A stretch of DNA of 64,000 nucleotides from Candidatus Marinacidobacterales bacterium (GCA_965237955.1 OZ250169.1:1440001-1504000); one strand, 5' to 3'; counted from the first letter of the stretch, positions 40,830 to 51,568 are shown. Program-made: numbers and translations. The notes: generated from the sequence alone by a model not told the origin.

Positions 40830-41958
40830 GATAAATCGCAAACAGTTCTGACACTCTGGCCTCGGCGTCAACGGTAAGGACGCCGAGGCGGAGCCTTCCG
40901 TCGCGAAGAAGGTCGAGCCGCATGAAACCGGCGGTGGCTTTCTGGTAAAGCGTCTCGTCCCTCCACTTCGTCGGTGACGTGTGGCCGTAGTAGCCCGCGC
41001 CGCTGACGACGATATAGGACACGGTCTTCCCTTCGAGCACTTCGAGCGTGTGCTCGTGCCCCGCCGCGTAAATCAGAGGTGGGTCGGACGCGAACGCTTC
41101 CTCGAGCCTCGTGCGCATGCGCTCGTTCTTCGATCCCGACAGGTCTTGCGACGAGATTCCCGCGACGCGAGCGAGCGGGTAGCCCGAGCCGATGATCGGC
41201 AACGGAATCCACAACGGCGCCCACACTCGGACCGTGGGGAACAAATGGTCCTGCCAGTTGAAGTAGCCTCCGTGAGGCCCGCTCGATATCAGTGGGTGAT
41301 GGGCGACCACGACCGCGTGCCGTTCGCCGCGCTCCGACAGTGCTCGCGCGATCGCCTCCACCACCGCCTGCTCAGTTCCCGGCGTGCAATCGCTCGGGCC
41401 CGGTTTGTCGTTCGAGCGAAGCCACCACTCGGTGTCGATCGCGACAAGCCTCAGACTCTCGCCGAAGTCCACGACGCTCGGCCCAGGGCAGCCACCTTGC
41501 GGCAACAAGACGACGCGACCTTCCTCGCCATGCTCGGCGATAAACGCTTCTTGCCGGCGCACCGCGCTCCACCCGTCCCCGCCTGAATTGTCCCAATCGT
41601 GATTGCCCGGAACGAAGATTCCTCGCGCGTCGGTGCGCACAACCGCATCGATCTGATCCTTCAGACGTCGCTCCATCTCCTCGTTATCTTTGGACGTGCG
41701 CGGCGGCAGCCCGGCTGGATAGATGTTGTCGCCGAGGAACACGACCAAGGATGGCGCCGCGGACGCGTGCATCGTCGCCGTCAATGCCTCGAGCACGGGC
41801 TCGCCGTGCTCGTTTGGCTTACCCCCGTCCCCGACCAAAAAGAGTGAGAGCTCGACGTCGCTCGCCGACGTGACCGGAGGCGCGGGCGGTGGGGCTTTGC
41901 CGGCGCACGCCGCGAGTGCGAAACAAAAGACCCACGACACTTGGCGTAGGAGCCGCAT
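40816..41958 (-). CDS. Metallophosphoesterase lipoprotein
   Basis: Lipobox LAAC; GDGG, GDNIY, GNHD and GHEH motifs. Confidence 0.85.
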   Translation of the reverse strand: MRLLRQVSWVFCFALAACAGKAPPPAPPVTSASDVELSLFLVGDGGKPNEHGEPVLEALTATMHASAAPSLVVFLGDNIYPAGLPPRTSKDNEEMERRLKDQIDAVVRTDARGIFVPGNHDWDNSGGDGWSAVRRQEAFIAEHGEEGRVVLLPQGGCPGPSVVDFGESLRLVAIDTEWWLRSNDKPGPSDCTPGTEQAVVEAIARALSERGERHAVVVAHHPLISSGPHGGYFNWQDHLFPTVRVWAPLWIPLPIIGSGYPLARVAGISSQDLSGSKNERMRTRLEEAFASDPPLIYAAGHEHTLEVLEGKTVSYIVVSGAGYYGHTSPTKWRDETLYQKATAGFMRLDLLRDGRLRLGVLTVDAEARVSELFAIYLSAR

Positions 41959-42023
41959 GCGATTACACTTCCTCTCGCATCGCTCGTGACTATGCGGGAG
42001 CTCCACGAAAGGAGAAAGTGAAC

Positions 42024-42295
42024 ATGGCAGAGGATTACTATATCGAAATCGACGGGTGAAGTGTGACCGGAAGCTCATCGAGCTCGCCGACGGCGCGGTC
42101 GCCGGTAAAGGTGACGGCCGGGTATCAGTCGATGACGCGAAAGTACTCTTCGCCGCCGTCAAGGATCACGACGACTACACCGATATCGAAAAAAACACGG
42201 TGAAGTACATCCGCGAGAACTACAACTTCACCGTCAAGGCCGACGCTTGGTTCCGGACTGAAGTCCGGAAGTGGGCCGCCACCAAGGGCCACTAG
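42024..42295 (+). pseudogene. Small conserved protein (YY.IDG.K.DR...GDGRVS), frameshift near 42055
   Basis: AAAGGAG RBS, MAEDYYIEIDG then stop; adding one G restores VKCDRKLIELAD...KWAATK. Confidence 0.6.
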
Positions 42296-42309
42296 CAACA
42301 CTGCGAGCT

Positions 42310-42516
42310 GTGGACGAGCCGAGACGCCATCCTTGGGTCTGGCTCGTCTACACCACTCTGTTCGCGGCCGCCGTTTCCTGGTATTTGCCACCGGAGGCAG
42401 CTGCTACCACGTGGCTCGGGTTCCCTTTCTGGGTCACGCTCTCCCTCACCGCCACTCTCGGCATCGCCGTTTTTACCGTCTTCGTCATCCATCGTTACTG
42501 GGGGGATGACGAATGA
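42310..42516 (+). CDS. Small 2-TM SSS-associated membrane protein
   Basis: Two hydrophobic helices with WLGFPFW; ATGA overlap with the SSS gene. Confidence 0.7.
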   Translation: MDEPRRHPWVWLVYTTLFAAAVSWYLPPEAAATTWLGFPFWVTLSLTATLGIAVFTVFVIHRYWGDDE

Positions 42517-44000
42517 CCTCTCTGTCGCTCGGCTTCGGCGCGATTGTCGTCATCAGCATCTATCTCGGCCTGATGATCGGTCTCGGCGTGCTCGCCCGCC
42601 CGAGAATATCGAAACGAGACGGCGAGTCGCTGAGCGAGTTCTATCTCGCCGGGAGAAGCCTGGGTCCTCTCGTCCTGCTCCTCACCCTCTACGCGACCCA
42701 ATACAGTGGCAACACCGTCGTCGGCTATCCGGCCGAGGCGTCGCGGCTGGGCTACGCCTGGATCATGAGCGTGAGCTTCATGATGGCGATCATCGTCGTC
42801 TATTTGCTCTATGCTCCGCGACTCCAGCGTCTCGCTAGAGCGCGTGGCTTCGTTACTCCCGGCGACTGGGTGGACTACCGTTTCGGCTCGAAGCCCCTTT
42901 CTCTTCTCACGAACTTGTTGCTGGTCGTGTCGATCGCGAATTACTTGCTCGCGCAGTTGATGGCGATGGGGCACGTCGTCGCGGGTATCTCGGGAAACTT
43001 GATCCCCTACTGGATCGGTGTCCTCGTTCTCGTCCTCGTCATTATTATTTACGAAACACTCGGTGGTCTCCGCGCGGTCGCATGGACGGACGTGGCCCAA
43101 GGCTCGATGCTCTTGATTGGGCTATTCGGCCTCCTCTATGCCGTCGCACCCGGGCCGGCTCACTGGCAAGCCCTGACGGACTGGCTGAGCACTCACGCTC
43201 CCGAGAAGACCGCGGTGCCGTCGGGTGAGGTTGCGGCTCGATGGTTCTCGAGCATTCTACTCGTTGGCTTCTCGGGCGCTGTTTATCCTCAGGCGATTCA
43301 GAGGATCTATGCCGCGGGCAGCGTCCGCGCTCTCAAACGATCCCTCCAGGGGATGATCTTCATGCCGCTCATCACCATGCCCGTCGTCGTGCTCGTCGGG
43401 CTCGTGGGAGTGCGCCGGTTTACCGATCTCGACGGAATCGCGGCGGATCAGATCATGCCGATGCTGCTGCGGGAGTGGGCGCAAGCGTCTACGTGGACGT
43501 ACATGATGGCGGTGCTCGTCGTCACCGGCATACTTGCCGCGATCATGTCTACCGCGGACTCGGTCCTTCTTAGCCTGTCGTCGATCCTGTCGAAAGACTT
43601 CCTCGGGAAAACGCTTCTCGCCGGTGCGCCCGAGGAACGCCTGACGCGTGTGGGCAAGCGCATTTCATGGCTGGTAATGGGCATTCTCGCGCTGGCGGCG
43701 TTCGCACCGCGCATGACGCTCTGGGGACTCACCGAGCTCAAGATGGAAATCCTCGTTCAAGTATCCCCTGTGTTCGTGCTGGGATCGATCTGGAATCGCC
43801 TCGACGCAAGAGCGGCTCTCGTCGGAATGTTGGCGGGCGCGAGTGTCTCCGGAGGACTGGCGCTGGCAGGTATCGGAAGTCTCGGGGGAATTCAAGGAGG
43901 CGTCGTCGGGTGGGCGCTCAACGTGTCGTTGTGCGTGGGGCTTTCTATATTGCGGACAGGAGAGCGGAACGAAATCCGCTCTGCTGTCGATGCGAAATAG
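42513..44000 (+). CDS. Sodium:solute symporter family protein
   Basis: FYLAGRSLG, GGLRAVAWTD and AAIMSTADS motifs. Confidence 0.92.
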   Translation: MTSLSLGFGAIVVISIYLGLMIGLGVLARPRISKRDGESLSEFYLAGRSLGPLVLLLTLYATQYSGNTVVGYPAEASRLGYAWIMSVSFMMAIIVVYLLYAPRLQRLARARGFVTPGDWVDYRFGSKPLSLLTNLLLVVSIANYLLAQLMAMGHVVAGISGNLIPYWIGVLVLVLVIIIYETLGGLRAVAWTDVAQGSMLLIGLFGLLYAVAPGPAHWQALTDWLSTHAPEKTAVPSGEVAARWFSSILLVGFSGAVYPQAIQRIYAAGSVRALKRSLQGMIFMPLITMPVVVLVGLVGVRRFTDLDGIAADQIMPMLLREWAQASTWTYMMAVLVVTGILAAIMSTADSVLLSLSSILSKDFLGKTLLAGAPEERLTRVGKRISWLVMGILALAAFAPRMTLWGLTELKMEILVQVSPVFVLGSIWNRLDARAALVGMLAGASVSGGLALAGIGSLGGIQGGVVGWALNVSLCVGLSILRTGERNEIRSAVDAK

Positions 44001-44223
44001 CGCGGCTATTGAATTAACCCGTGAACCCACATGGTGCCGAATCCGATAAGGATAAACGGCCTTACCTTCGAACTTGCCTTCGCCGGGGAAAACGTCCACC
44101 ACCAGGTGGCCAGTGGGATCGTTGCCCGTCGCGAACATGGAGTCGAGCTTGATGAGCTTTGGACATGTCGGGCGAATCACCGAAGGCGAGCTCACCGGGA
44201 GACAGGACCATCGTCATTCCTCG

Positions 44224-44763
44224 TCACCTACCGCCTTCGGTAGCTGATGGCTGACGGCTGATGGCCGAAGGCAGATTGTGCAACCGCAACGCCCCGCGAT
44301 AAAGACAGTACAACCCACCCATTTGAATCAGGTGGTAGAGATCGTTCTTGTTGAAGTGCTCGTGAATCGAAAGCTTTGCGACGAGTACGGCCAGGCCTAT
44401 CAGGCTGACCACGATGCCGCGTTTGAGCCAGCGGATGCCTTCGCTTCGCTCTCTCGCGCCCCGGGTCTCGGAACGAAGGACCGAGCGTACGCCGGCGGTA
44501 ATCAAAAGAACCGCGCTAGCGACGATCGACCGCACCGTGAAGGTCCAAACGCTGTCCCACCTGTCTCCGAGCGACACCCGAAAGCCGTGCGCGGTCCCGC
44601 CGGCAAGCGCGGCGAGCGCGGTCACAAGAAAAGCCGCAATCCACAATTCCACACGGCGTCCCCCCGCCTGGCGTGAGCCGCCCCAAAGTGCCGCCGCGAA
44701 GTACAGGCATAATGCGGCCAAGGCATAGTCGGACAGCATCGTGGTCGGCTCGGTAATCCGCAT
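44224..44763 (-). CDS. Hypothetical multi-TM protein
   Basis: EPTTMLSDY, GGTAHGF and NDLYHLIQM; the C-terminus reads into a heptamer array. Confidence 0.65.
   Translation of the reverse strand: MRITEPTTMLSDYALAALCLYFAAALWGGSRQAGGRRVELWIAAFLVTALAALAGGTAHGFRVSLGDRWDSVWTFTVRSIVASAVLLITAGVRSVLRSETRGARERSEGIRWLKRGIVVSLIGLAVLVAKLSIHEHFNKNDLYHLIQMGGLYCLYRGALRLHNLPSAISRQPSATEGGR
44243..44272. repeat. Heptamer tandem array
   Basis: gctgatggctgacggctgatggccgaaggc. Confidence 0.75.
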
Positions 44764-44820
44764 TCAGCGAGGTATATCAGATAAACTACAAAGCCTCCCT
44801 TTCTTTTTCGAGGAGAAACC

Positions 44821-45845
44821 ATGCTCTCACGAAGACTCTTGGTCCTCGTCCTGTGGTTTACGAGCCAGGGCTTTCTCTGGGCTCGTGAGAAAACGGACGT
44901 TGTCCATTTCACGAACGGTGATCGTATCCACTGCGAGATCAAAGAGCTCCGACGAGGAAAGCTGACGGTCAAGAGTATCGGCTTCGGCTCCATCAGCATC
45001 GAGTGGGACAAGATCGCCCACCTGGAAAGCGACCACGTGTTCCGCCTAGAGCTCCAGTCCGGCATACGCTACGTGGGCTCTCTCGCGCCCGGGGACGAGG
45101 ACGGCAAGCTCGAAGTCGAGACCGTGTCTGGCACGAATCGGCTCGACCGAACTCGCGTCGTCGACATCGATCCAGTCAACGAGAGCGTTTTGACAGCAAT
45201 CGACGGATCGGTCGACATCGGATACGACTTCACCCAGGCGGCGGATGCAACGAGCTGGAGCCTCGGAGCAGAGGCAAAATCCAAAAAGGAAAAATTCGAG
45301 GTCGCCTTGATCCTGGACTCGCTCTACAAGACACAAAACGACGCCGAGCCCGTGAATCGTCAGAACCTCACCGGGAACTACATCCGCTATCTCGAGGAGC
45401 GTTGGTTCGCATTCGGGTTGGGCCAAATCGAAAAAAACGAAACCAGTCCCTCGAGTTTCGCGGGATGGCCGGTGGCGGTGGCGGGCGCCGGATGCTGCAG
45501 ACGAACCGGACCGACATCCATTTACTCGTGGGTCTCGGTGGCACCAGGGAGAAATTCACCGACACGGATTTCTCGGCGAGCATGGAGGCCTTGACCGGTT
45601 TCTTGTTCGATACTTACCGTTTCAATTCACCTGAGATTCAGTTCACCACGAGCTTCCTGTTCATCCCGAGCATCACCAAGACAAACCGTTACCGACTACA
45701 GCTCAACAGCAAAGTCCGCCTGGAGCTGTTCAAAGACCTCTTCTGGCAGCTATCGCTATTCGAGACATTCGACAGCAACCCTCCCAGTGAGACCGCGCAG
45801 CAGAACGACTTCGGTATCACCACCTCATTTGGTTGGAGTTTTTGA
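44821..45845 (+). pseudogene. DUF481-like outer-membrane beta-barrel, frameshift near 45440
   Basis: Signal peptide, NGDRIHCEIK, amphipathic strands and terminal SFGWSF in a second frame after an A run. Confidence 0.75.
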
Positions 45846-46803
45846 CACCGTGAGCTTGTAGCTGATGAGAGCGCCCAAAAGCGCCGCGGTAACACCCGCG
45901 GCCACGTCCACGGCGTGATGGTAGCGGGTGTACACACACGCAAGGCTCAGCCCGAGCGCGAAGAACCCGAGAACGAGCGCCGCCCTTCGGTGAACACCCA
46001 CTAGCCCGAACACTGTGCCCCACGCGCCGGCCACGTGGGAGCTCGGAAAACAGCCTCCCGAGACCGCGCCGTGCTCGATGATCCTCTCGACGACGGGGAC
46101 TAAGACGAAGCCCCCGAACGACGTCATCCCCGCCATGATCTCCGGATTTTCCCACGGCCCGCGAGCGGGGAGAAACGGATACCAAATAAAGCACAGGAAG
46201 AACGCAATGATCACGGACGTCAGAGTCGTTTGAAAGCCCGGGGCCGGCTGAGGGCGAGCCTTTCGTGCCGAACCACGCGAACGTCACGCCGCCGCCGAAA
46301 ATGAAATAGTAAGAAAGATAGAACCCGTGCAAGAGCTCGTCCTGTAGCGGACCCACCCAGCTGTTCATGATGAAAACGGGGAGCTCACCAAAGACCCAGC
46401 GGTCGGCGGCATACAGGTAGCTCTCGAACCAGTGCGGCGCGGACGACCACATGGCGTTCACCGTTTGATGGCCTTCCTCGAAGTAGAACAAGATGAGCAG
46501 CAGCGGGTAGCTATAGCGGAAGAACCGGGCGACCCCGCGGACGTGCCGCGGCCACCCTTCGATGGGCACGCTCTCCCACTTCGCTCCCCGCGGCGGCACG
46601 AGAACCATCGCGGTCATAATGAAGACGTGGAGCGCCAGAATCGACAACGGATTCGGCATGGTTTCGTGAAAGATCGCGGTGAAAATCGCGATATATGCGG
46701 TGTAGCCGAACACGAAGTAGTCGAGCGCGAGAAAACGGCGCTTGAAATCGACTCGGTCTTTGGCCACGGTGCTCGATTGGTATTCTAGTGAAACCTTTTC
46801 CAT
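45825..46803 (-). pseudogene. PAP2/Aur1-like membrane phosphatase, frameshift near 46245
   Basis: PARGP, CFPSSHV and RYHHAVD in the C-part; TM N-part in another frame. Confidence 0.78.
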
Positions 46804-46976
46804 GTCACCTCTCTAAGCGGATAGTCGTAGCTAACCGATCGGATAGACGGCCGCTACCGCGACCAAAGTTTTGCCCGCTTTTTCGCTTCAGCCGCCGACA
46901 CGGCAAGGCTTTTGCAAAGGGTATGCCTGAGTTCAAAAAACGGCTACACTCGCCGCCGTTTTCACCAGGAGGAGAT

Positions 46977-47414
46977 GTGAACAAACTCGCTTCTTTGATG
47001 ATTGCACCTGGACTGCTCGCGACCATGGTGGCCTGCGATACGTCCGACTTCACGACCAGCCCCGACGTCGCGATCGAAGATCCCACGGGGGCGTGGGCGC
47101 TCGAATCGTTCCAGCTCAGTGACGGAACCATTGTTCCCGTCCCCGATCCTTCGAGGTACCGGCTCGAGCTCGGGGTCACCGAGGCCGGGCGCGCCCATAT
47201 CCGGGCCGACTGCAATGTTTGCAACGGCGGTTACGAGGTATCGGGCTCGACGATCACGTTCGGGGTGGCAGCGTGCACACTCGCAGCGTGCGAGCCCGGT
47301 TCGCTCGAGCACGACTACCTCTTCGCGCTCGCGGCGACGTCGACGTACCAGCGCTCCGGGGATACGCTGACGCTGACGTACGACGATGGCGTGCTGCGAT
47401 TCCAGGCGCGCTGA
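46977..47414 (+). CDS. META-domain (HslJ-like) lipoprotein
   Basis: AGGAGG RBS; MVAC lipobox; DCNVCNGGY, CTLAAC and LTL...LRF motifs. Confidence 0.82.
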   Translation: MNKLASLMIAPGLLATMVACDTSDFTTSPDVAIEDPTGAWALESFQLSDGTIVPVPDPSRYRLELGVTEAGRAHIRADCNVCNGGYEVSGSTITFGVAACTLAACEPGSLEHDYLFALAATSTYQRSGDTLTLTYDDGVLRFQAR

Positions 47415-47507
47415 GTCAACCAACTCTCATGCACGACGGGGCCGGCCCACCGCCGGCCCCATTCTTTTCGTTGTAGTATTGTCCTCCGCTGTTCTTGGCG
47501 AATTTTG

Positions 47508-47548
47508 TCCTCTGCGTTTCCTTTGCGTCCTCTGCCCCTCTGCGGTGA
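47508..47548. repeat. Copy of the REP-like arm at 25331-25371
   Basis: 39 of 41 nt identical by manual alignment. Confidence 0.8.
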
Positions 47549-47583
47549 GTTTTTTGCGACTTCGCTGCGCTGTCTCTGTGGCG

Positions 47584-47618
47584 AAAAAAAGCGTGCCCCT
47601 CGGGAGAGGAGCACGCTT
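47584..47618 (-). terminator. Intrinsic terminator of the DUF4136 gene
   Basis: aagcgtgc...gcacgctt stem followed by a T run on the minus strand. Confidence 0.65.
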
Positions 47619-47633
47619 GGAAAGATCCTTGCC

Positions 47634-48185
47634 TTAGTCCGAGACCGGCGGATAGTCCTTGAATAGCTTCTCAGCCGCGGTGTTGATCTTCTTGGCGTTT
47701 TTCTGAGGATTGTCGGACATCGTGTCGGAGACGGTGCCGCGCCACACCAGGCGCTTCTGCTTGGCATCCCACAAGTCCAACACCACGGTGGCGACGCTGT
47801 AGTTGCGAACCGAGGTCGTCGAGCTGCCCATGCCGCCCATGCCACCGCCCCAGCCCCAGCCGGGACCGTAGCCCCAACCGCCACTCATATAGGTGGTGTT
47901 CAAGGACATTTGCTGGTTTTCTTCCGAGTGGTAGGTTACGTAAACGTCGGGATTTGAGCTGACTTTCTGAAAACCCTGCGCGGCGAGCTGACTGTCGATA
48001 GCGCTGATGAAACGCTCGTGGGCGAGCGGATCCGTATCCTGGACATTCGTATCGCTGTCATGCCATGCGTAGGTCTTGTACGTCGAAAAGTTTGCCTGGC
48101 GGTCCCAATCGTGATTCACCTTCATGCTAGAGCAGCCGATCGCGACACCCATAGCAGCCACCGCAATTGCCAATCGTGCTTTCAT
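47634..48185 (-). CDS. DUF4136 lipoprotein
   Basis: AIGC lipobox, FSTYKTYAW, Gly-rich loop, LVWRG and YPP motifs. Confidence 0.85.
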   Translation of the reverse strand: MKARLAIAVAAMGVAIGCSSMKVNHDWDRQANFSTYKTYAWHDSDTNVQDTDPLAHERFISAIDSQLAAQGFQKVSSNPDVYVTYHSEENQQMSLNTTYMSGGWGYGPGWGWGGGMGGMGSSTTSVRNYSVATVVLDLWDAKQKRLVWRGTVSDTMSDNPQKNAKKINTAAEKLFKDYPPVSD

Positions 48186-48332
48186 GTTTTCCTCCAATAA
48201 CTCCGTAGTAGTAGTGCCCGACTTCTGGCCTCGTCGAACTTGACCAGGCCGAGCCGGATAAAATTACCGCCCCATACATTCGCACAAACTCACCACCTCC
48301 GCAAAACGAGTTCCGGGCTAGAATCGATGGCA

Positions 48333-49355
48333 ATGAACGCTTTTCTGCTCGTGGTGGCCTCTTTGCTGGCCCAACCTTACGAGGTCACGGATCTCAGCGG
48401 GCGGGACCGGCTCGTCATCCTGGTGTTCGGCGATAGCGGCACCGGAGACGCCGGGCAGCACCGCATCGGCAGAGCGATGTACGAGGTCTGCCGGCAGCGC
48501 GGCTGTCAGCTGGCGTTGATGCTGGGCGACAACATCTACGAGAACGGAATCCGGGTCACGATGCGCGACAGCGTCGAGGGCAGCTATCGAGAAATTCTCG
48601 ATCAATTCGAGGAGAAGTTCGAGGCCCCGTATCAACGCTTCGAGAACATTCCCGGATTTCACTTTTGGGCGGTGCTCGGCAATCACGACTACCGCCGGAA
48701 TACGCTCGCCACCCAGATCACCTACTCCGAGTTCAGCAAGCTGTGGCGCCTGCCCGCGCTGCATTACGAGGTGCCCAGACTTCCCGACTGGATTCAGATA
48801 TACGGACTCCATACGGACACCGACGTCCGGCGGGACTTGAACGGACTACAGATCCACTCGGCGCGACGCGCGCTGTGCGAGGATCGGAGCTCGGAGCGTT
48901 GGAAGATTGCATTCGGCCACCAGCCGATCTACAACAGCGGCCAACACCGGGACGATGCTAGCGAGCGCCGCACGCGATCGCTCGTCGAGGAGCCGCTTAT
49001 CCGCGCGTGCGGCGTGCACGTGTATCTCGCCGGGCACGGGCACCACCAGGAGCACGTCACCGCCACCGGTTTCGAGCACGTCATCCAGGGTGCCGCCGGC
49101 AAGTCGAAGGGTAGCAATCGCCACCCGAAGTTTCCTGGCGTCGCCCAGCGCCATTTCTCAAGCGAGTTCGGGTTCGCGGTGCTCGAGATCGACGCCGAGA
49201 ACCTTCGACTCGACTTCTACGATGTGTTCAACACGAGAGAAAAGGCAGACACGGTCGAGGAACCCGGCCCGGAGGACATTTTCGCGTCCTACTCGTGGTG
49301 CGGTACCCGCGCCGACGTGGGAAAGCCGTCTTCGCCGCCGCCGCCGTGCCGCTAA
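48333..49355 (+). CDS. Purple-acid-phosphatase-like metallophosphoesterase
   Basis: GDSG, GDNIY, GNHD and GHGH motifs. Confidence 0.85.
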   Translation: MNAFLLVVASLLAQPYEVTDLSGRDRLVILVFGDSGTGDAGQHRIGRAMYEVCRQRGCQLALMLGDNIYENGIRVTMRDSVEGSYREILDQFEEKFEAPYQRFENIPGFHFWAVLGNHDYRRNTLATQITYSEFSKLWRLPALHYEVPRLPDWIQIYGLHTDTDVRRDLNGLQIHSARRALCEDRSSERWKIAFGHQPIYNSGQHRDDASERRTRSLVEEPLIRACGVHVYLAGHGHHQEHVTATGFEHVIQGAAGKSKGSNRHPKFPGVAQRHFSSEFGFAVLEIDAENLRLDFYDVFNTREKADTVEEPGPEDIFASYSWCGTRADVGKPSSPPPPCR

Positions 49356-49387
49356 CCGTATCTTCTCACCACGGAGGCAAAATCGAA

Positions 49388-49966
49388 ATGGAGCTGACCC
49401 GAGACGAAGCCTGGACCCACTTGTGCGCATGGACGGAGACGGATTCGTTGCGCAAGCACGCGCGCGCGGTGGAGCTCGTCATGCGCCAGGCCGCTCGACG
49501 ATACGGCGACGGCGACGGCGACGAGGAGACCTGGGGCGCCACCGGCATGCTGCACGACGCCGACTACGAGAAGTGGCCCGAAGATCACCCGAACCGAATC
49601 GTTGCCTGGCTCCGCGATCGTGGCGAGGAAGAGCTCGCTTACGCCATCTCGGCGCACTATACGAAATGGAACGTACCCTACAAGAGCGCTCTCGACAAAT
49701 CTCTTCTCGCCTGCGACGAGCTCACCGGCTTCATTGTTGCCTGCTGTCTCGTACGCCCCGAAGGCGTCTCCACACTGAAATCGAAGAGCGTAAGAAAGAA
49801 ACTCAAAGACAAGGCATTCGCCGCTAAAGTGGAGCGCGCCGAAATCAACGCGGGGGCCGAGCTCCTGGAAGTCGAGCTGGCCGAGCACATCGATTTCATC
49901 ATCGACGCCCTCAAGCCGCACGCCGAAGAGCTGGGAATCGGGGGTAGAGATCTCGGAAACGCCTAG
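49388..49966 (+). CDS. HD-superfamily hydrolase
   Basis: LRKH, LHDADYE, DELTG and KDKAFA motifs; GGAGG RBS. Confidence 0.88.
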   Translation: MELTRDEAWTHLCAWTETDSLRKHARAVELVMRQAARRYGDGDGDEETWGATGMLHDADYEKWPEDHPNRIVAWLRDRGEEELAYAISAHYTKWNVPYKSALDKSLLACDELTGFIVACCLVRPEGVSTLKSKSVRKKLKDKAFAAKVERAEINAGAELLEVELAEHIDFIIDALKPHAEELGIGGRDLGNA

Positions 49967-49971
49967 TTTTC

Positions 49972-50065
49972 AACGCAAAGGCGCGAAGTCGCAAGGGCGC
50001 AAAGTGAAGAGCGCCTTCGGCGCTGATTCTTGCTTTGCGTCTTTGCGACTTGGCGCCTTTGCGTT
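49972..50065. repeat. REP-like palindrome of CGCAAAG units between convergent genes
   Basis: 33-nt inverted arms (49972-50004 and 50033-50065) around an agcgcc-ttc-ggcgct hairpin. Confidence 0.8.
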
Positions 50066-50077
50066 AAGAAAGAATCG

Positions 50078-50683
50078 CTACACGGCCTGGGTCAGGTTGC
50101 GCTCGCTTTGGTGGGTTTGCAGGACCTCGGGGCCGATGCGCTTGCTCAAATAGACTTTGGACTTGCCGTTGTCCAGAGCGTCGCGCTCGTACTTGACGAC
50201 GTCGAAGTTGAGATGGGTCAACGTCCCTCGCATTCCGTAGAACTTGTTCTTCGTTTTGACGACGACTTCCTTGAAGCCCTCTTCGAGCGCCCAAGCTTCC
50301 TGTTGCTCCGTGAGGGCGCGGAAGTGTCCCTGCGCGCGCCAATCCGAGCGCGTGCCGCCAATCCAACTGTACAAAATACGCCGGCCTGCAAACTCCACCG
50401 AGCCCTTCAAGCGAGTGACGAGATCCTGCAGTTTGGGATCGGACTCGTCGGCGAAGATCTCGTGTCCCACCTTGAACGACACCGGGACGACTTGGGAGGG
50501 ATCTTCGGGAAGGCGATCTTCCGCTATCTGGATGACGTGCGTTCGGCCTCGCAGCCGTGCTTCGATCTCGGGCGCCGTTTTCTTGCGGTCGAACTCCCCA
50601 AAGAACTCCTCGATGTATTGGATCTCCAAGGCACCGAGCTCGAGCGGATACTGCTTGATCTGGTAGGTTCGCGGCCCGTCCAC
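50078..50683 (-). CDS. GNAT-like protein
   Basis: YSWIGG...WRAQG motif A and VKTKNKF..M. Confidence 0.65.
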   Translation of the reverse strand: MDGPRTYQIKQYPLELGALEIQYIEEFFGEFDRKKTAPEIEARLRGRTHVIQIAEDRLPEDPSQVVPVSFKVGHEIFADESDPKLQDLVTRLKGSVEFAGRRILYSWIGGTRSDWRAQGHFRALTEQQEAWALEEGFKEVVVKTKNKFYGMRGTLTHLNFDVVKYERDALDNGKSKVYLSKRIGPEVLQTHQSERNLTQAV

Positions 50684-50743
50684 GACATCATTATATAGAG
50701 TGATGCGGCCGAGGTCAGATTGGGTGCGGCCGCCCGTTGTGAG

Positions 50744-51208
50744 CTACGAATCTTTCTCGATGTGCTCACCCAACCTACCGAGCTCCTCGCCGAGGTCTTC
50801 CATCATGTTGTCGAGCCCGACCGTGGTGGGTGCCTGCTGGCCGGGAAGAACGGGCTGGTTGAAGCTGGGGCTCTCGAGAAGTTCGCGCAGTCGCGCCTTT
50901 TGCTCCGGGTCTTTGATGCGAAACCGCACGCCGTACACGTACGACGACTTGTGCTTCTCGTCGCTCTCGTCGCGCACCCACACGACATCCGCGGGTGTCG
51001 CGAACGGCTCGCTCGGGTCGAAGCCAATCCTCAAGAGGACGCGACTACCCGATTCGAAGCACACGCCCGCGACGACCTGGGCGCCGCCTTCCGAGACGTT
51101 CGCGATGACGCCGTAGGCTTGCTCGCCGTCCGGTCCGAAGATAGACACCATGACCGACCCCGCGGGCACCAGGCGAGGCCAAATCCGCTCGGGAAAATAT
51201 TTACTCAC
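50744..51208 (-). CDS. PilZ-domain protein
   Basis: RIWPR, NVSEGG, VVWVR and YGVRF motifs. Confidence 0.75.
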   Translation of the reverse strand: MSKYFPERIWPRLVPAGSVMVSIFGPDGEQAYGVIANVSEGGAQVVAGVCFESGSRVLLRIGFDPSEPFATPADVVWVRDESDEKHKSSYVYGVRFRIKDPEQKARLRELLESPSFNQPVLPGQQAPTTVGLDNMMEDLGEELGRLGEHIEKDS

Positions 51209-51409
51209 GCTACACAACACAAGCAATGATCGATCCAACTAGGTTCCTAGCGAATCAAGAGGCGAATCTGTTTGGAATCGAAACACTTAGACGGTTCGCT
51301 CGCCCCAGATCGGAACAGTGCCCGTGGGGAGAAACCTACAGAAACGCAGACAACTTCCGGTACAATCGCGCCCGGAACGAAAGGAGCCAGCCCGTGCTGC
51401 CATGGATTA

Positions 51410-51568
51410 CGAGCCGTACCGTCGTCCTCCTACGGGGTCTCCGGGATTCTTGGCGAAATCGACGACATCCGCGCGCACGGCAAAGACGAGCGCATCGGTA
51501 TCGAAGCGTTTTTCGAAGGACGGAAGTTTCTCGATCGGCTGACGAGAACGTTAGCGGGCGGGCAATGA
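51410..51568 (+). pseudogene. M20-family peptidase C-terminal remnant
   Basis: YGVSG...RAHGKDERIG..AFFEG motif without the upstream catalytic domain. Confidence 0.6.

Noticed and set aside
18424-50065. Short repeats considered as a CRISPR array
   Set aside because: They are tandem heptamers or palindromes without unique spacers of regular length. No cas genes were seen; the helicase nuclease domain alone is not evidence.
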